Shown here piece by piece: positions 19,980 to 29,187 of a stretch of 64,000 nt of DNA. The notes beneath the pieces were generated by a model. The model saw only the letters and a list, made by a program, of their open reading frames with translations, was not told the DNA's origin and did no database searches. The stretch lies in assembly GCA_964583675.1 (NCBI GenBank), contig CAZOVH010000002.1, forward strand, positions 71,548 to 135,547. Direction: 5' to 3'. The DNA comes from an uncultured Candidatus Saccharibacteria bacterium. GTDB taxonomy: Bacteria; Patescibacteriota; Saccharimonadia; CAILAD01; GCA-016700035. Numbering within the stretch: the first letter of the stretch is position 1; each line of letters begins with the position of its first letter. Both the position numbers and the translations under genes were made by a program.

Positions 19980-22900
19980 CTATACCTCCTCCTCTTTAGT
20001 TTCTGCTGGCGCTTCCTCGGCGAGTACTTCAAAGTCGTCAACGGCACCGTCTTCAGCAAGATCAACCACGGCGGTATCAGGGGCAGTACCCATCAACAAT
20101 TCATCGTCGGCTAAATCGACAGCTTCTTCGTTCACTTCTTTGTCGATTGCTTCATCAGCGTCAATTTCTACATGATTGTGTTCAAGCTCAACCGCGAGTC
20201 CGAGTGACTGCAACTCTTTTACAAGTACGTTGAAGCTTTCCGGAACACGAGGACCCTTAATCTCTTCAGACTTAATGATGGCCTCGTAAGCCTTCGAGCG
20301 ACCAATCACATCGTCAGACTTAATGGTGAGCACTTCTTGGAGGGTGTGAGCAGCACCGTAAGCTTCGAGCGCCCATACTTCCATCTCTCCAAAACGCTGA
20401 CCACCCATCATGGCCTTACCACCGAGTGGCTGCTGTGTAACCATCGCGTACGGTCCAGTGGATCGAGCGTGGATCTTGTCATCAACCATGTGGTGAAGCT
20501 TCAGCATGTATTTCACACCAATCGTGGTCTTTTGGTCGAATGGTTCACCCGAGAAGCCGTGGTAGAGCTGAGCCTTACCATCTTCTGGCAAACCAGCACG
20601 CTTGAGTTCAGACTTGATGGTTTCGATATCAACACCATCAAGAACTGGGCTAGCCACCTTGTAGCCAAGCGCCTGAGCAGCCCAACCAAGGTGAGTTTCC
20701 AAAATCTGTCCGATGTTCATACGAGCACCAATTCCGAGAGGATTCAAAACAATATCAACCGGAGTGCCGTCTTCGAGGTATGGCATATCTTCAACCGGCA
20801 TTACCTTCGAGATAACACCCTTGTTACCGTGACGACCGGCCATCTTGTCTCCAACCGAAATCTTACGGAGCTGAGCGACAGCAACATAAATCTGCTGAGT
20901 TACGCCACTTGGGAGGTCATCGCCGTTTTCTCCTGAGAGAATCTTAACGCCAACAATCTTACCAGAGCTACCGTTTGGCATGCGCAAGCTCGAGTCTTTC
21001 ACTTCGCGAGCCTTTTCACCAAAGATAGCGCGCAAGAGTCGCTCTTCGGAGCTGAGTTCGGTTTCACCCTTCGGGCTAATCTTTCCGACCAAAATATCTC
21101 CGGCGGTTACTTCGGCACCAATACGGACGATTCCGTCTTCATTGAGATCCTTGAGTGCTTCGTCACCAACATTTGGAATGTCGCGAGTTACGAGCTCTGG
21201 TCCAAGCTTAGTGTCACGTACATCAATCTGGAAGGTTTCAATGTGGATTGAGCTATAGCGATCATCCTGCACGAGACGTTCAGAAATGATAATCGCATCT
21301 TCGAAGTTGTGTCCGTCAAAACTCATGAAAGCTACAAGCACGTTCTGACCGAGAGCTAGCTCACCATCGATGGTAGACATTCCGTCAGCTAGTACGTCGC
21401 CCTTCTTCACCTTCTCGCCAGCCGTTACAGCACAGCGCTGAGTCATAGCTTCACCTTGGTTTGAGCGGATAAATGTCATCAGCTCGTAGGTCTTCGACTT
21501 ACCGTCTTTGTATTTTACGGTAATTGTTTTAGCAGTAGCGCTAGTGACTTCACCGTCGCCTTCCGCCAAAATTACCTGACCAGAGTCTTCAGCCACACGG
21601 CGCTCAACACCAGTACCAACCACAGGAGCTTGCGGTCGCACCAAAGCGACTGCCTGCTTTTGCATGTTTGCGCCCATCAAGGCACGACGAGCATCATCGT
21701 GTTCCATGAATGGAATAAGGGCCGCAGATACGCCAACGATTTGCTGTGAAGAAATATCAACGTAGTTTACATCATCAGCAGAAAGCTCGGCAGCTTCACC
21801 GCCTATGCCACGAGCCGAGAAAACACTCTCTGCAAAGTAGCCATCTTCCTGCACCTTGGTGTTTGCCGGAGCAATTACCGCACGCTCTTCATCAAAAGCG
21901 TCGAGATATACAACTTCCTTGGTAACGCGAGCCTTCACCGGTACGGCTTCTACACCAGCCTTATCAAGTTTTTTCGCAACAGCATCGGTAATTTTTTCAC
22001 CAGCTTTTACAAGTACAGTGCCCTTGCTGTCTTTCACCTGACGACGAGCAATTTCGCCTACAGCCTTAGTCGGAGCAGCTTCGTTTACTACCTTGAGGTA
22101 TGGAGTTTCAATAAAGCCATACTCATTCACTTTGGCGTAACTAGCCATAGTAGAAACCAAACCAATATTCGGTCCTTCTGGAGTTTCAATCGGGCAAATA
22201 CGGCCGTAGTGAGTACGGTGTACGTCACGCACTTCAAAGCCAGCACGTTCACGGTTCAAGCCACCAGGACCCATCGCGTTCAAGCGGCGCTTGTGCACAA
22301 TTTCATCAAGTGGGTTGGTCTGCTGTAAGAACTGTGAGAGTTGGTGCGAAGCAAAGAATTCCTTCACGCTTGCAACCACTGGGCGCACGTTAATCATGAG
22401 CGATGGAGTTACGTTTTCTGGGTCTGCAACCGACATACGGTCTTTTACAATGCGCTCCATACGAGCAATACCTATGCGGAAACGGGCCTGCATAAGCTCA
22501 CCTACCATCTTCAGACGGCGGTTACCCAAGTGATCGATGTCTTCAGAAGGAGCTCCTTCGTTGGTCATGCGGATCACTTCCTTGAGGATTGCAACAAAGT
22601 CCTCAACACGTAGTACACGATTTTCACGGGTATTTTTCACATTTACACCAAGTCGCTTGTTCATCTTGTAACGACCAACCTTCGAGAGGTCGTAACGCTT
22701 AAAGTCGAAGAACATTGAGTCAATCAAGCTCTTAGAGTTCTCAACCGTCGCCAAATCACCAGGCCGAATTCGCTTATATACTTCCATCAACGCTTCAGCA
22801 GTCGAGCTTGATGGATCTTTTGCGATAGTTTCTGAGATAAAGCGCACTTCGCCGTTATCTACATCGCTAAACAGTTCCAGAAGATCACTATCAGAACCGT

Positions 22901-23480
22901 AACCAAAAGCACGGAGCAAAGTGGTTACTGGAAGCTTACGCTTGCGGTCAATCTTTACGCTAATTACGCCATTGGCTGCAGTCTCAACCTCGAGCCATGC
23001 ACCACGGGAAGGAATAATCTTTGCTCCAAAGTAACCAGAGTTTGAGTCATTGGTGAAAAATACACCAGCAGAGCGCACAAGCTGAGAAACAACTACGCGC
23101 TCAACCCCATTGATGATGAACGTACCGCGGGCGGTCATAATTGGGTAGTCACCCAAGAAGATTTCCTGCTTACGAACTTCACCAGTTTCTTTAATTAAGA
23201 GCTCCATCTGAGCACGGAGGCTAGCTTCGTAGGTAGCGTTCTTTTCTTTAGCTTCAGCTTCTGTCAGCTTTGGTTGCTCGTAGTGATAGTCCTTAAAAGA
23301 AAGTTCGTAGAGCTTTCCAGTAAAGTCTTCAATCGGGCTAATTTCTTCAAAAAGTTCGGCGAGACCTTCGCGAACAAACCAGTCATAACTTGTGTGCTGA
23401 ATCTCAACGAGATTAGGCAATGGCAAGATATCGGTGTGGTCCTTGAGGTACACGCGCTTTGCAGCAGCTTGTTTTGGCAT
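19980..23480 (-). CDS. rpoB: DNA-directed RNA polymerase subunit beta
   Basis: 1166 aa; conserved beta-subunit blocks; directly upstream of rpoC. Confidence 0.97.
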   Translation of the reverse strand: MPKQAAAKRVYLKDHTDILPLPNLVEIQHTSYDWFVREGLAELFEEISPIEDFTGKLYELSFKDYHYEQPKLTEAEAKEKNATYEASLRAQMELLIKETGEVRKQEIFLGDYPIMTARGTFIINGVERVVVSQLVRSAGVFFTNDSNSGYFGAKIIPSRGAWLEVETAANGVISVKIDRKRKLPVTTLLRAFGYGSDSDLLELFSDVDNGEVRFISETIAKDPSSSTAEALMEVYKRIRPGDLATVENSKSLIDSMFFDFKRYDLSKVGRYKMNKRLGVNVKNTRENRVLRVEDFVAILKEVIRMTNEGAPSEDIDHLGNRRLKMVGELMQARFRIGIARMERIVKDRMSVADPENVTPSLMINVRPVVASVKEFFASHQLSQFLQQTNPLDEIVHKRRLNAMGPGGLNRERAGFEVRDVHRTHYGRICPIETPEGPNIGLVSTMASYAKVNEYGFIETPYLKVVNEAAPTKAVGEIARRQVKDSKGTVLVKAGEKITDAVAKKLDKAGVEAVPVKARVTKEVVYLDAFDEERAVIAPANTKVQEDGYFAESVFSARGIGGEAAELSADDVNYVDISSQQIVGVSAALIPFMEHDDARRALMGANMQKQAVALVRPQAPVVGTGVERRVAEDSGQVILAEGDGEVTSATAKTITVKYKDGKSKTYELMTFIRSNQGEAMTQRCAVTAGEKVKKGDVLADGMSTIDGELALGQNVLVAFMSFDGHNFEDAIIISERLVQDDRYSSIHIETFQIDVRDTKLGPELVTRDIPNVGDEALKDLNEDGIVRIGAEVTAGDILVGKISPKGETELSSEERLLRAIFGEKAREVKDSSLRMPNGSSGKIVGVKILSGENGDDLPSGVTQQIYVAVAQLRKISVGDKMAGRHGNKGVISKVMPVEDMPYLEDGTPVDIVLNPLGIGARMNIGQILETHLGWAAQALGYKVASPVLDGVDIETIKSELKRAGLPEDGKAQLYHGFSGEPFDQKTTIGVKYMLKLHHMVDDKIHARSTGPYAMVTQQPLGGKAMMGGQRFGEMEVWALEAYGAAHTLQEVLTIKSDDVIGRSKAYEAIIKSEEIKGPRVPESFNVLVKELQSLGLAVELEHNHVEIDADEAIDKEVNEEAVDLADDELLMGTAPDTAVVDLAEDGAVDDFEVLAEEAPAETKEEEV

Positions 23481-23736
23481 ACGTATCAGGCTCCTAAATT
23501 AAGTAAATTGTTGATGCTTATGTGGTGAGATAGGGTTAGCCCGGCTTTATGTAGGGCCGAGCTTCTATCTGAAAAATGTTTGTTTGGGGTTTAAGTTGTT
23601 GGATGAAATGGCGACGAGGGGTTTCTAAACACAAAAAACGCCTGCACACAAAAGTTGCAGCTTGATGTGATCAGCGTTTGAGTAAAAGTTTAAGCATCCT
23701 CTTACCACCCATTGTAGGGGGTATTTTCCAGGTTTG

Positions 23737-24984
23737 TCAAGCGTATTCGGCGGAGATTCCGCGAAATCGCAAAACTAGGAATGCACCAACAATAAACAGC
23801 ATAGCTCCAACTCCAGCAATCACCGCCAATGCGTTAAAGGTATCAGCCAGCAAACCGGCAGCAAAAACCGGCACTAATGCGGCAATATTTATCATCATAT
23901 TGAGTGTTCCAAACACCTGTCCACGCAAGCGATCTGTAGATGCGTACTGCAAAAGCGTCTGTGCCGAGACCAAAATCATGGCATTAAAGGCACCGAGCGT
24001 GAAGGTCATAATAATACTCATTGCCTTCAGGAAAGTGCCCTGGGAGCTGGCGCCAACAATCGGTAACGCAACCAATATAGCCGAGGCGCAGAAAAGTGAC
24101 ACAAAAATAACCTTCACCTTATTGCGATGCTGCAAGAGCTTGGCCGCGAACACCGAACCGAGCACCAACCCAATACCGGCCGGCATAACGAGCCAATAAC
24201 TTGATTGCTCTAGCCCCACCTGGAAGAATGACTCTGATAAGGCCGGCGCCAGTGCCGAAACGACACCAACGATTGTTTGCGCTAAGGCGATAAGTACCAT
24301 CGGGAACAGCAATACCTTAGAGCCAACAATCTCACCAAAGTGACCCTTAAGATCTCGAGCGATGGACCGACTAATCCCCTTGAGGTCAAACCTGCCCTCA
24401 TGCACGGCCGGGATACGTGGCAAGAGAAGCGAAAGCATCGTCGCCACCAAGAAAGCGATGGTCACAATAACATATACGGCGTGAATGCCAGACTTCGCGA
24501 TGACCGGGCCGGCCAGCGAATACCCAATAATAAAGCTGGCATTCAGCGTAAAGATAAACAGCGAGTTGGCCGCCACCAGCTCTTTTTTAGATACAAGTTT
24601 TGGCAACGCGGCACCTTCTGCGGGTACAAAAAATTGCGAGAATATCGAGATGAGAAAAACCAACATATATACCGCTAGTATTTGCGTGTCCAGGAAAATC
24701 AGCATCGGAACCAAAAGTGCCCGAAAGGCGTTCGTCCACACCAAAACTGTTTTGCGGTCACGATGATCTACGTACGCCCCAGCTGGAACAGCGAGAAAAA
24801 TCGCCGGCAAACCAATCGCTACAATCAGTAACGATACCGCGCTATTCGCAAACGAGGTCTGTGAAGCGATATCGTAAATGCGAATCAACAGCGCATAATT
24901 GAGCAGCTGAGCCGCAATCTGACTCGTAAGTTGTGCGCCCCAAAGTTTGAGAAATTGTCGGTTCTTGAGAACCTTAGAATACAT
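23737..24984 (-). CDS. MFS transporter
   Basis: 415 aa with about 12 TM segments and an MFS N-terminus. Confidence 0.8.
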   Translation of the reverse strand: MYSKVLKNRQFLKLWGAQLTSQIAAQLLNYALLIRIYDIASQTSFANSAVSLLIVAIGLPAIFLAVPAGAYVDHRDRKTVLVWTNAFRALLVPMLIFLDTQILAVYMLVFLISIFSQFFVPAEGAALPKLVSKKELVAANSLFIFTLNASFIIGYSLAGPVIAKSGIHAVYVIVTIAFLVATMLSLLLPRIPAVHEGRFDLKGISRSIARDLKGHFGEIVGSKVLLFPMVLIALAQTIVGVVSALAPALSESFFQVGLEQSSYWLVMPAGIGLVLGSVFAAKLLQHRNKVKVIFVSLFCASAILVALPIVGASSQGTFLKAMSIIMTFTLGAFNAMILVSAQTLLQYASTDRLRGQVFGTLNMMINIAALVPVFAAGLLADTFNALAVIAGVGAMLFIVGAFLVLRFRGISAEYA

Positions 24985-25035
24985 AGCGCGCTTCCATCAC
25001 CTCTATTGTATGGGAGTTTACAGAAGAAGAGAAGC

Positions 25036-25653
25036 TTACTTGTCCTGTTTCGTAGGTGTTTTGGTGATTACCTTATCAACCAGGCCGTACTTCGCAGCTT
25101 CATCGGCGCTCATCCAGTAATCGCGATCCGAGTCTGAAGCAATTTTTTCAACCGACTGCCCAGAGCGATCAGCCAACATCGCGTTGAGCTTTTCACGAAT
25201 TTTGATGATTTCCTTGGCGGTAATCTCAATATCTGCCGCCGTACCCTCAAAACCACCGCTGGGCTGATGAATCATCACTCGGCTATTCGGCAAGGCAAAA
25301 CGCTTACCCTTGGCACCCATTGCGAGGAGAAACGCGCCCATTGATGCGGCCATGCCAACACAAATAGTCGAAACATCCGGCTTGATGTGCTCCATGGTGT
25401 CAAAAATCGCCAGACCAGCTGAAACACTGCCGCCCGGGGAATTGATGTAGAGCGTGATGTCCTGGTTTGGGTCTTCGCTTTGCAGAAATAGTAACTGAGC
25501 GATGATAAGATTCGCCACGGTGTCATCTACGCCCGTACCCAAAAAGATAATGCGCTCTTTTAAGAGCCGCGAATAAATGTCGTAGGCCCGCTCACCCATC
25601 GCGGTCTTCTCAATTACCGTTGGCACCAAAAGTGAATTGTGAATCGTATCCAT
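25036..25653 (-). CDS. clpP: ATP-dependent Clp protease proteolytic subunit
   Basis: 205 aa; [11 protein letters not shown] (Ser), MIHQP (His) catalytic motifs. Confidence 0.95.
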   Translation of the reverse strand: MDTIHNSLLVPTVIEKTAMGERAYDIYSRLLKERIIFLGTGVDDTVANLIIAQLLFLQSEDPNQDITLYINSPGGSVSAGLAIFDTMEHIKPDVSTICVGMAASMGAFLLAMGAKGKRFALPNSRVMIHQPSGGFEGTAADIEITAKEIIKIREKLNAMLADRSGQSVEKIASDSDRDYWMSADEAAKYGLVDKVITKTPTKQDK

Positions 25654-25669
25654 ATACCCTCCTCGCTTG

Positions 25670-26956
25670 TTACTTCTTCTGCTTCGCCTGATCGCACAGC
25701 CAATCGACGGCTTTTTGCGTTACGATGCGGTTCGAAAGATCATTCTTAAACTCGTCGCGGTCTAGTTCTGCCAAAATCTTCGGATCAGAGTAGTTCATGC
25801 GCATTTTCTCAAGGCTATCGGTCACTTCGTCAACAGTGGCGGTAAACTTCTGCTTTTCAATAATGTCGCGAATAATCAGGCCAATGGCGATACGGCGGCG
25901 TGCCTCCACGTGGAGTTCTTCGTGGAATTCTTTTGGATCTTTACCCTGAACTTTCAGCCAGTCTTCTAGCTTCATGCCAGATGATTCAACCTGGTGTTCG
26001 TACTGATGCTCCAGTTCGTGCGCCTGATTGTCTTCTAGCATCTTAGAAACTGGCAATTTCGTTTCTGTAATCACCTTGTCGAGCACTTCTGTTTCGTAAG
26101 TCTTCCGGTAATCGTCATCTTTACCAGTCTGAATGTTACTCTTAACATCATTTTTCAGGTCAGCGAGTTTTTCAAACTTCATATCTAGGCTTTTAGCAAA
26201 AGCATCGTCAAGCTTTGGCAACGCAATCTCGCGTACTTCATGCACTTTGGCAGTAAAGGTTACTACTTTCCCTGCAAGATCGGCGGCGTGATACTCTTCT
26301 GGAAATGTAATATCAAAGGTCTTCTCGTCGCCCTTTTTCATGCCAACCAGCTCTTCTTCGTAGCCCGGGATAAACTTACCACTTCCAAGCTCCAAAAGAT
26401 GATTCATTCCGGCAGCGCCTTCAACTGGCTTGCCTTCACGCACACCTTCAAAGTCAAAACGTACTTCATCGCCCATTTTCGCAGCCCGGCTTACGCTCTT
26501 GCGCTCGGCGGCCTGACGCTGCAATTCTTCCAAAGCAGTCTTCACTTCATCTTCACTGGTCTGTGGCGGATCGTATTTTACGCGTACCTTGGTGTAGTCA
26601 TAGTCAATCGTTGGAACAATCGCGATTTTTGCTACGTATTCCATTTCATCAAACGGTACAAACTTTGTTACTTCTACCTTTGGCTCGGCCAGTGGCTGAA
26701 TGTCGTGCCCCTGAATTGCTTCGGTGTAGGTTGCAGCCAGAACTTTTTCTACAACTTCTAGCTGAAGTTTAGCTTGGTCAAGCTCACGCTCCACCATCTC
26801 GTCTGGCGCTTTGCCCGGACGAAACCCAGCTACTTTTACACCAGCTTTTAGCTTCTGCAATACAGCAGCTTTGGCGCTCTGCAGCTCCTCTTTAGTTACT
26901 ACTACAGTTAATTCAAGTTCAGCGGCTTCCCGCTTGGAAATGGTTGCTTTTGTCAT
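25670..26956 (-). CDS. tig: trigger factor
   Basis: 428 aa; GFRPGKAP PPIase motif; 16-bp gap to clpP. Confidence 0.92.
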   Translation of the reverse strand: MTKATISKREAAELELTVVVTKEELQSAKAAVLQKLKAGVKVAGFRPGKAPDEMVERELDQAKLQLEVVEKVLAATYTEAIQGHDIQPLAEPKVEVTKFVPFDEMEYVAKIAIVPTIDYDYTKVRVKYDPPQTSEDEVKTALEELQRQAAERKSVSRAAKMGDEVRFDFEGVREGKPVEGAAGMNHLLELGSGKFIPGYEEELVGMKKGDEKTFDITFPEEYHAADLAGKVVTFTAKVHEVREIALPKLDDAFAKSLDMKFEKLADLKNDVKSNIQTGKDDDYRKTYETEVLDKVITETKLPVSKMLEDNQAHELEHQYEHQVESSGMKLEDWLKVQGKDPKEFHEELHVEARRRIAIGLIIRDIIEKQKFTATVDEVTDSLEKMRMNYSDPKILAELDRDEFKNDLSNRIVTQKAVDWLCDQAKQKK

Positions 26957-26991
26957 AATAGCTAAATTTTACCAAACTGTGGATAAATAAT

Positions 26992-27018
26992 CTAGCACTC
27001 TGTGGGGATGAGTGCTAG
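26992..27018. promoter_or_regulatory. CIRCE (HrcA operator) in the tig-clpP leader
   Basis: CTAGCACTC-N9-GAGTGCTAG against consensus TTAGCACTC-N9-GAGTGCTAA; 36 bp upstream of the tig start. Confidence 0.6.
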
Positions 27019-27057
27019 TTCAAACTTAAAACACCCCTTGCGGAGTGCCTTAAGTTT

Positions 27058-27245
27058 GGTGAGATTTTACAACCTCGCTAGAACCTATTTTGAGGAAAAT
27101 TGCTAAATTGCAGCCCCGCCGCCTAGCGGGTGCTTGCACCCGCTGCGCCCCGCCAGAAAAAACCGTCCTTTGCATTTTTTGAGATTTCCCCCGCCGATAT
27201 TTTTTGGATTTGGGAAAGGTCGGTTTTTCTGTTGGGTCGCCTGCC
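27058..27245. repeat. 188-bp inverted-repeat copy A (left end of putative element)
   Basis: Exact reverse complement of 28723-28910; contains an internal palindrome AGCGGGTGC-TT-GCACCCGCT. Confidence 0.9.
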
Positions 27246-27287
27246 ATAAATGGCAGAGGCGGACGGGGCTTCGCCGAGCAGCGACAA

Positions 27288-27632
27288 CTAAGGGAGCTGA
27301 ATTAAACCGATAGGATTGCCATCTATATCTTTGACGGTGGCCATGAGTATACCGCCGCCAACGTCTTTGGCGTCTTGGTGTGTTGTTGCACCAGCAGCCA
27401 AGAAGGACTTAATAGCTTTTTGTATATCGTCAACTTTCCAGTAACTTACTGGCCCAGTCATACCATCGGTGTGGCCGTTGGGGTCAAGACCGATTTCTTG
27501 GCTGTCGCCTACTTGAAAACCAACATAAAACGGCTCGTCAAAATACGGCTCAACACCGAGTAATTTGCGATACAACCCTTTGGCTTTCGCCAAGTCTTTA
27601 ACTGGATAAATAACCGATTTGATACCCTGCAT
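27288..27632 (-). CDS. VOC family protein (glyoxalase/bleomycin-resistance/dioxygenase fold)
   Basis: MQGIKSVIYPVKDLAKAKGLY... VOC N-terminus; AAGGAG RBS; start at the internal ATG. Confidence 0.7.
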   Translation of the reverse strand: MQGIKSVIYPVKDLAKAKGLYRKLLGVEPYFDEPFYVGFQVGDSQEIGLDPNGHTDGMTGPVSYWKVDDIQKAIKSFLAAGATTHQDAKDVGGGILMATVKDIDGNPIGLIQLP

Positions 27633-27646
27633 AGTTTCTCCTTTAT

Positions 27647-27916
27647 TTAATCTTTCCAGTTCCACCATAGTAGCTTGCCCGGGTCGGGGTGTGTTGTACT
27701 AGCGTAATACACCGCACCACGAAAGACATACAAAATACAGCGGTCAATATGGCCGCCAACTTGCGCCATAAGCCGCTCGTACATCTCCTCTGGGTTTTGG
27801 TCTTTGAGGTCAGACGGCTGCTTATAGCCCAACGATATTAAATCGGCAGCTATCGACTTGCCGACACCCGGAATATTAGTAAACTTGGTTGCTTGCTGGA
27901 TGGGAACTGCCTTCAT
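27647..27916 (-). CDS. helix-hairpin-helix DNA-binding protein (Cdd1 'pathogenicity locus'-like)
   Basis: 89 aa; FTNIPGVGKSIAADLISLGY hhH motif. Confidence 0.55.
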   Translation of the reverse strand: MKAVPIQQATKFTNIPGVGKSIAADLISLGYKQPSDLKDQNPEEMYERLMAQVGGHIDRCILYVFRGAVYYASTTHPDPGKLLWWNWKD

Positions 27917-28671
27917 GCTCTGCTAGTATGCACCTTATATGGCCAATCGTATTGTAAAAATCCGTCATATTCATCGTGCAAGGCTTTTGGTGTCGTACCA
28001 GAAAGCAAACGAATATCATGGGTCATGTGTGCTTGGTCTACATAGTCGAAGTCGGCGGCCAGACTGCCAAGACGAGGCTGTTCTTGTAAAAGCAGCTCAC
28101 CTGCTACGGCCAGTTGGCGGTTGATACGGACAAATTGCTTGGGGGCGAGGCCAACATATCGGCGGAACTTCCGTTCTATGGTTCGTGGGCTGAGTAGCTG
28201 GTGAGAAACAAAGTTTGTATCGCCTGTTCGCACTAGCGCTACGAGTATGTCATCTAGCGCTTTATCTGTCGTTAAAACTTTCTGCAATACCAACGTTTTC
28301 ACAAGCACCGCAAGCTGTGGGAGTATCGGCTTTGCGATTTGTAAGGAGGCATTAGGCAGGAGTTGCGTAAGCGGAACAGACCCGTCTTGATAGCCTGCCA
28401 AATCGGACTCAAGCGCTGCAAAATAGACACCTGGCCGAAAACGAACACCGTAACTACGAACGCTGGAGTCTAGTGGCATAACAATGGCTTTCGTCATCGG
28501 TCCGACAAACTCAAACTCATAGCTATCGCCGCACACATGCACCACGAGATCCCATGAACCGTCTGGCAAAACACGCAGCTCCGCGTCGTTTGTCGTGGAT
28601 ACTTCCCAGAAGCGATGCACGAAAGGCTTGAGGTCATCGGACGGTTTGATGTGTTTAATAATTATGGGCAT
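27913..28671 (-). CDS. AraC-family transcriptional regulator
   Basis: 252 aa; C-terminal AraC HTH (..FDYVDQAHMTHDIRLLSGTTPKALH). Confidence 0.75.
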   Translation of the reverse strand: MPIIIKHIKPSDDLKPFVHRFWEVSTTNDAELRVLPDGSWDLVVHVCGDSYEFEFVGPMTKAIVMPLDSSVRSYGVRFRPGVYFAALESDLAGYQDGSVPLTQLLPNASLQIAKPILPQLAVLVKTLVLQKVLTTDKALDDILVALVRTGDTNFVSHQLLSPRTIERKFRRYVGLAPKQFVRINRQLAVAGELLLQEQPRLGSLAADFDYVDQAHMTHDIRLLSGTTPKALHDEYDGFLQYDWPYKVHTSRA

Positions 28672-28722
28672 ATGTATCTATTTTACATGAACTGAGGAAC
28701 TTTCGTTGTAAATCGGAGCTAT

Positions 28723-29040
28723 GGCGACCCAACAGAAAAACCGACCTTTCCCAAATCCAAAAAATATCGGCGGGGGAAATCTCAAAAAATGCAAAGGACG
28801 GTTTTTTCTGGCGGGGCGCAGCGGGTGCAAGCACCCGCTAGGCGGCGGGGCTGCAATTTAGCAATTTTCCTCAAAATAGGTTCTAGCGAGGTTGTAAAAT
28901 CTCACCAGAAATGGACTAAAGTCAGAATTAGCGGCGCGTTGCGCCGTTTTTTCTTTGGCTGCGCGGAGCGCAGACCAAATGTTTTCAGGGGGGAGAAAAG
29001 AACTTTGGGCAGCCCTTGGCTGCGCCTTTTTGGTTTTTAG
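28723..29040. repeat. ~318-bp internal repeat X, the inverted copy of the element's two ends joined
   Basis: 28723-28910 is the reverse complement of 27058-27245; 28907-29040 is the reverse complement of 30590-30720 (88 bp identical, then about 80%); the two halves abut at a CC dinucleotide (28905-28906). Confidence 0.9.
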
Positions 29041-29187
29041 CCGCCATAGGCGGTTTCTGGTAAAATAGTAAGTGGACACAAACTAATTTCGGCAAATCTT
29101 TTTCGATGGCTTTAATAGCCGTCCCGTACAAATTGGGTTTGCCTAGTTTGTGTCCAGCGGGGCGGCTATTTAAGTTGAGGGGGTGTC

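Noticed and set aside
16742-23528. Numerous 60-200-aa ORFs on the plus strand inside rpoB/rpoC, and similar ones inside dnaE, PBP1A and fusA (for example 20337-20936, 18415-18864, 37494-38045)
   Set aside because: They lie entirely antisense within long, confidently identified genes, are low-complexity, and have no RBS or promoter; these are spurious shadow ORFs.
27050-29079. Small ORFs 27050-27247, 28789-29040 and 28858-29079
   Set aside because: They lie wholly within the inverted-repeat copies and translate to mirror-image peptides of the recombinase 3' end; they are repeat-derived, not independent genes.
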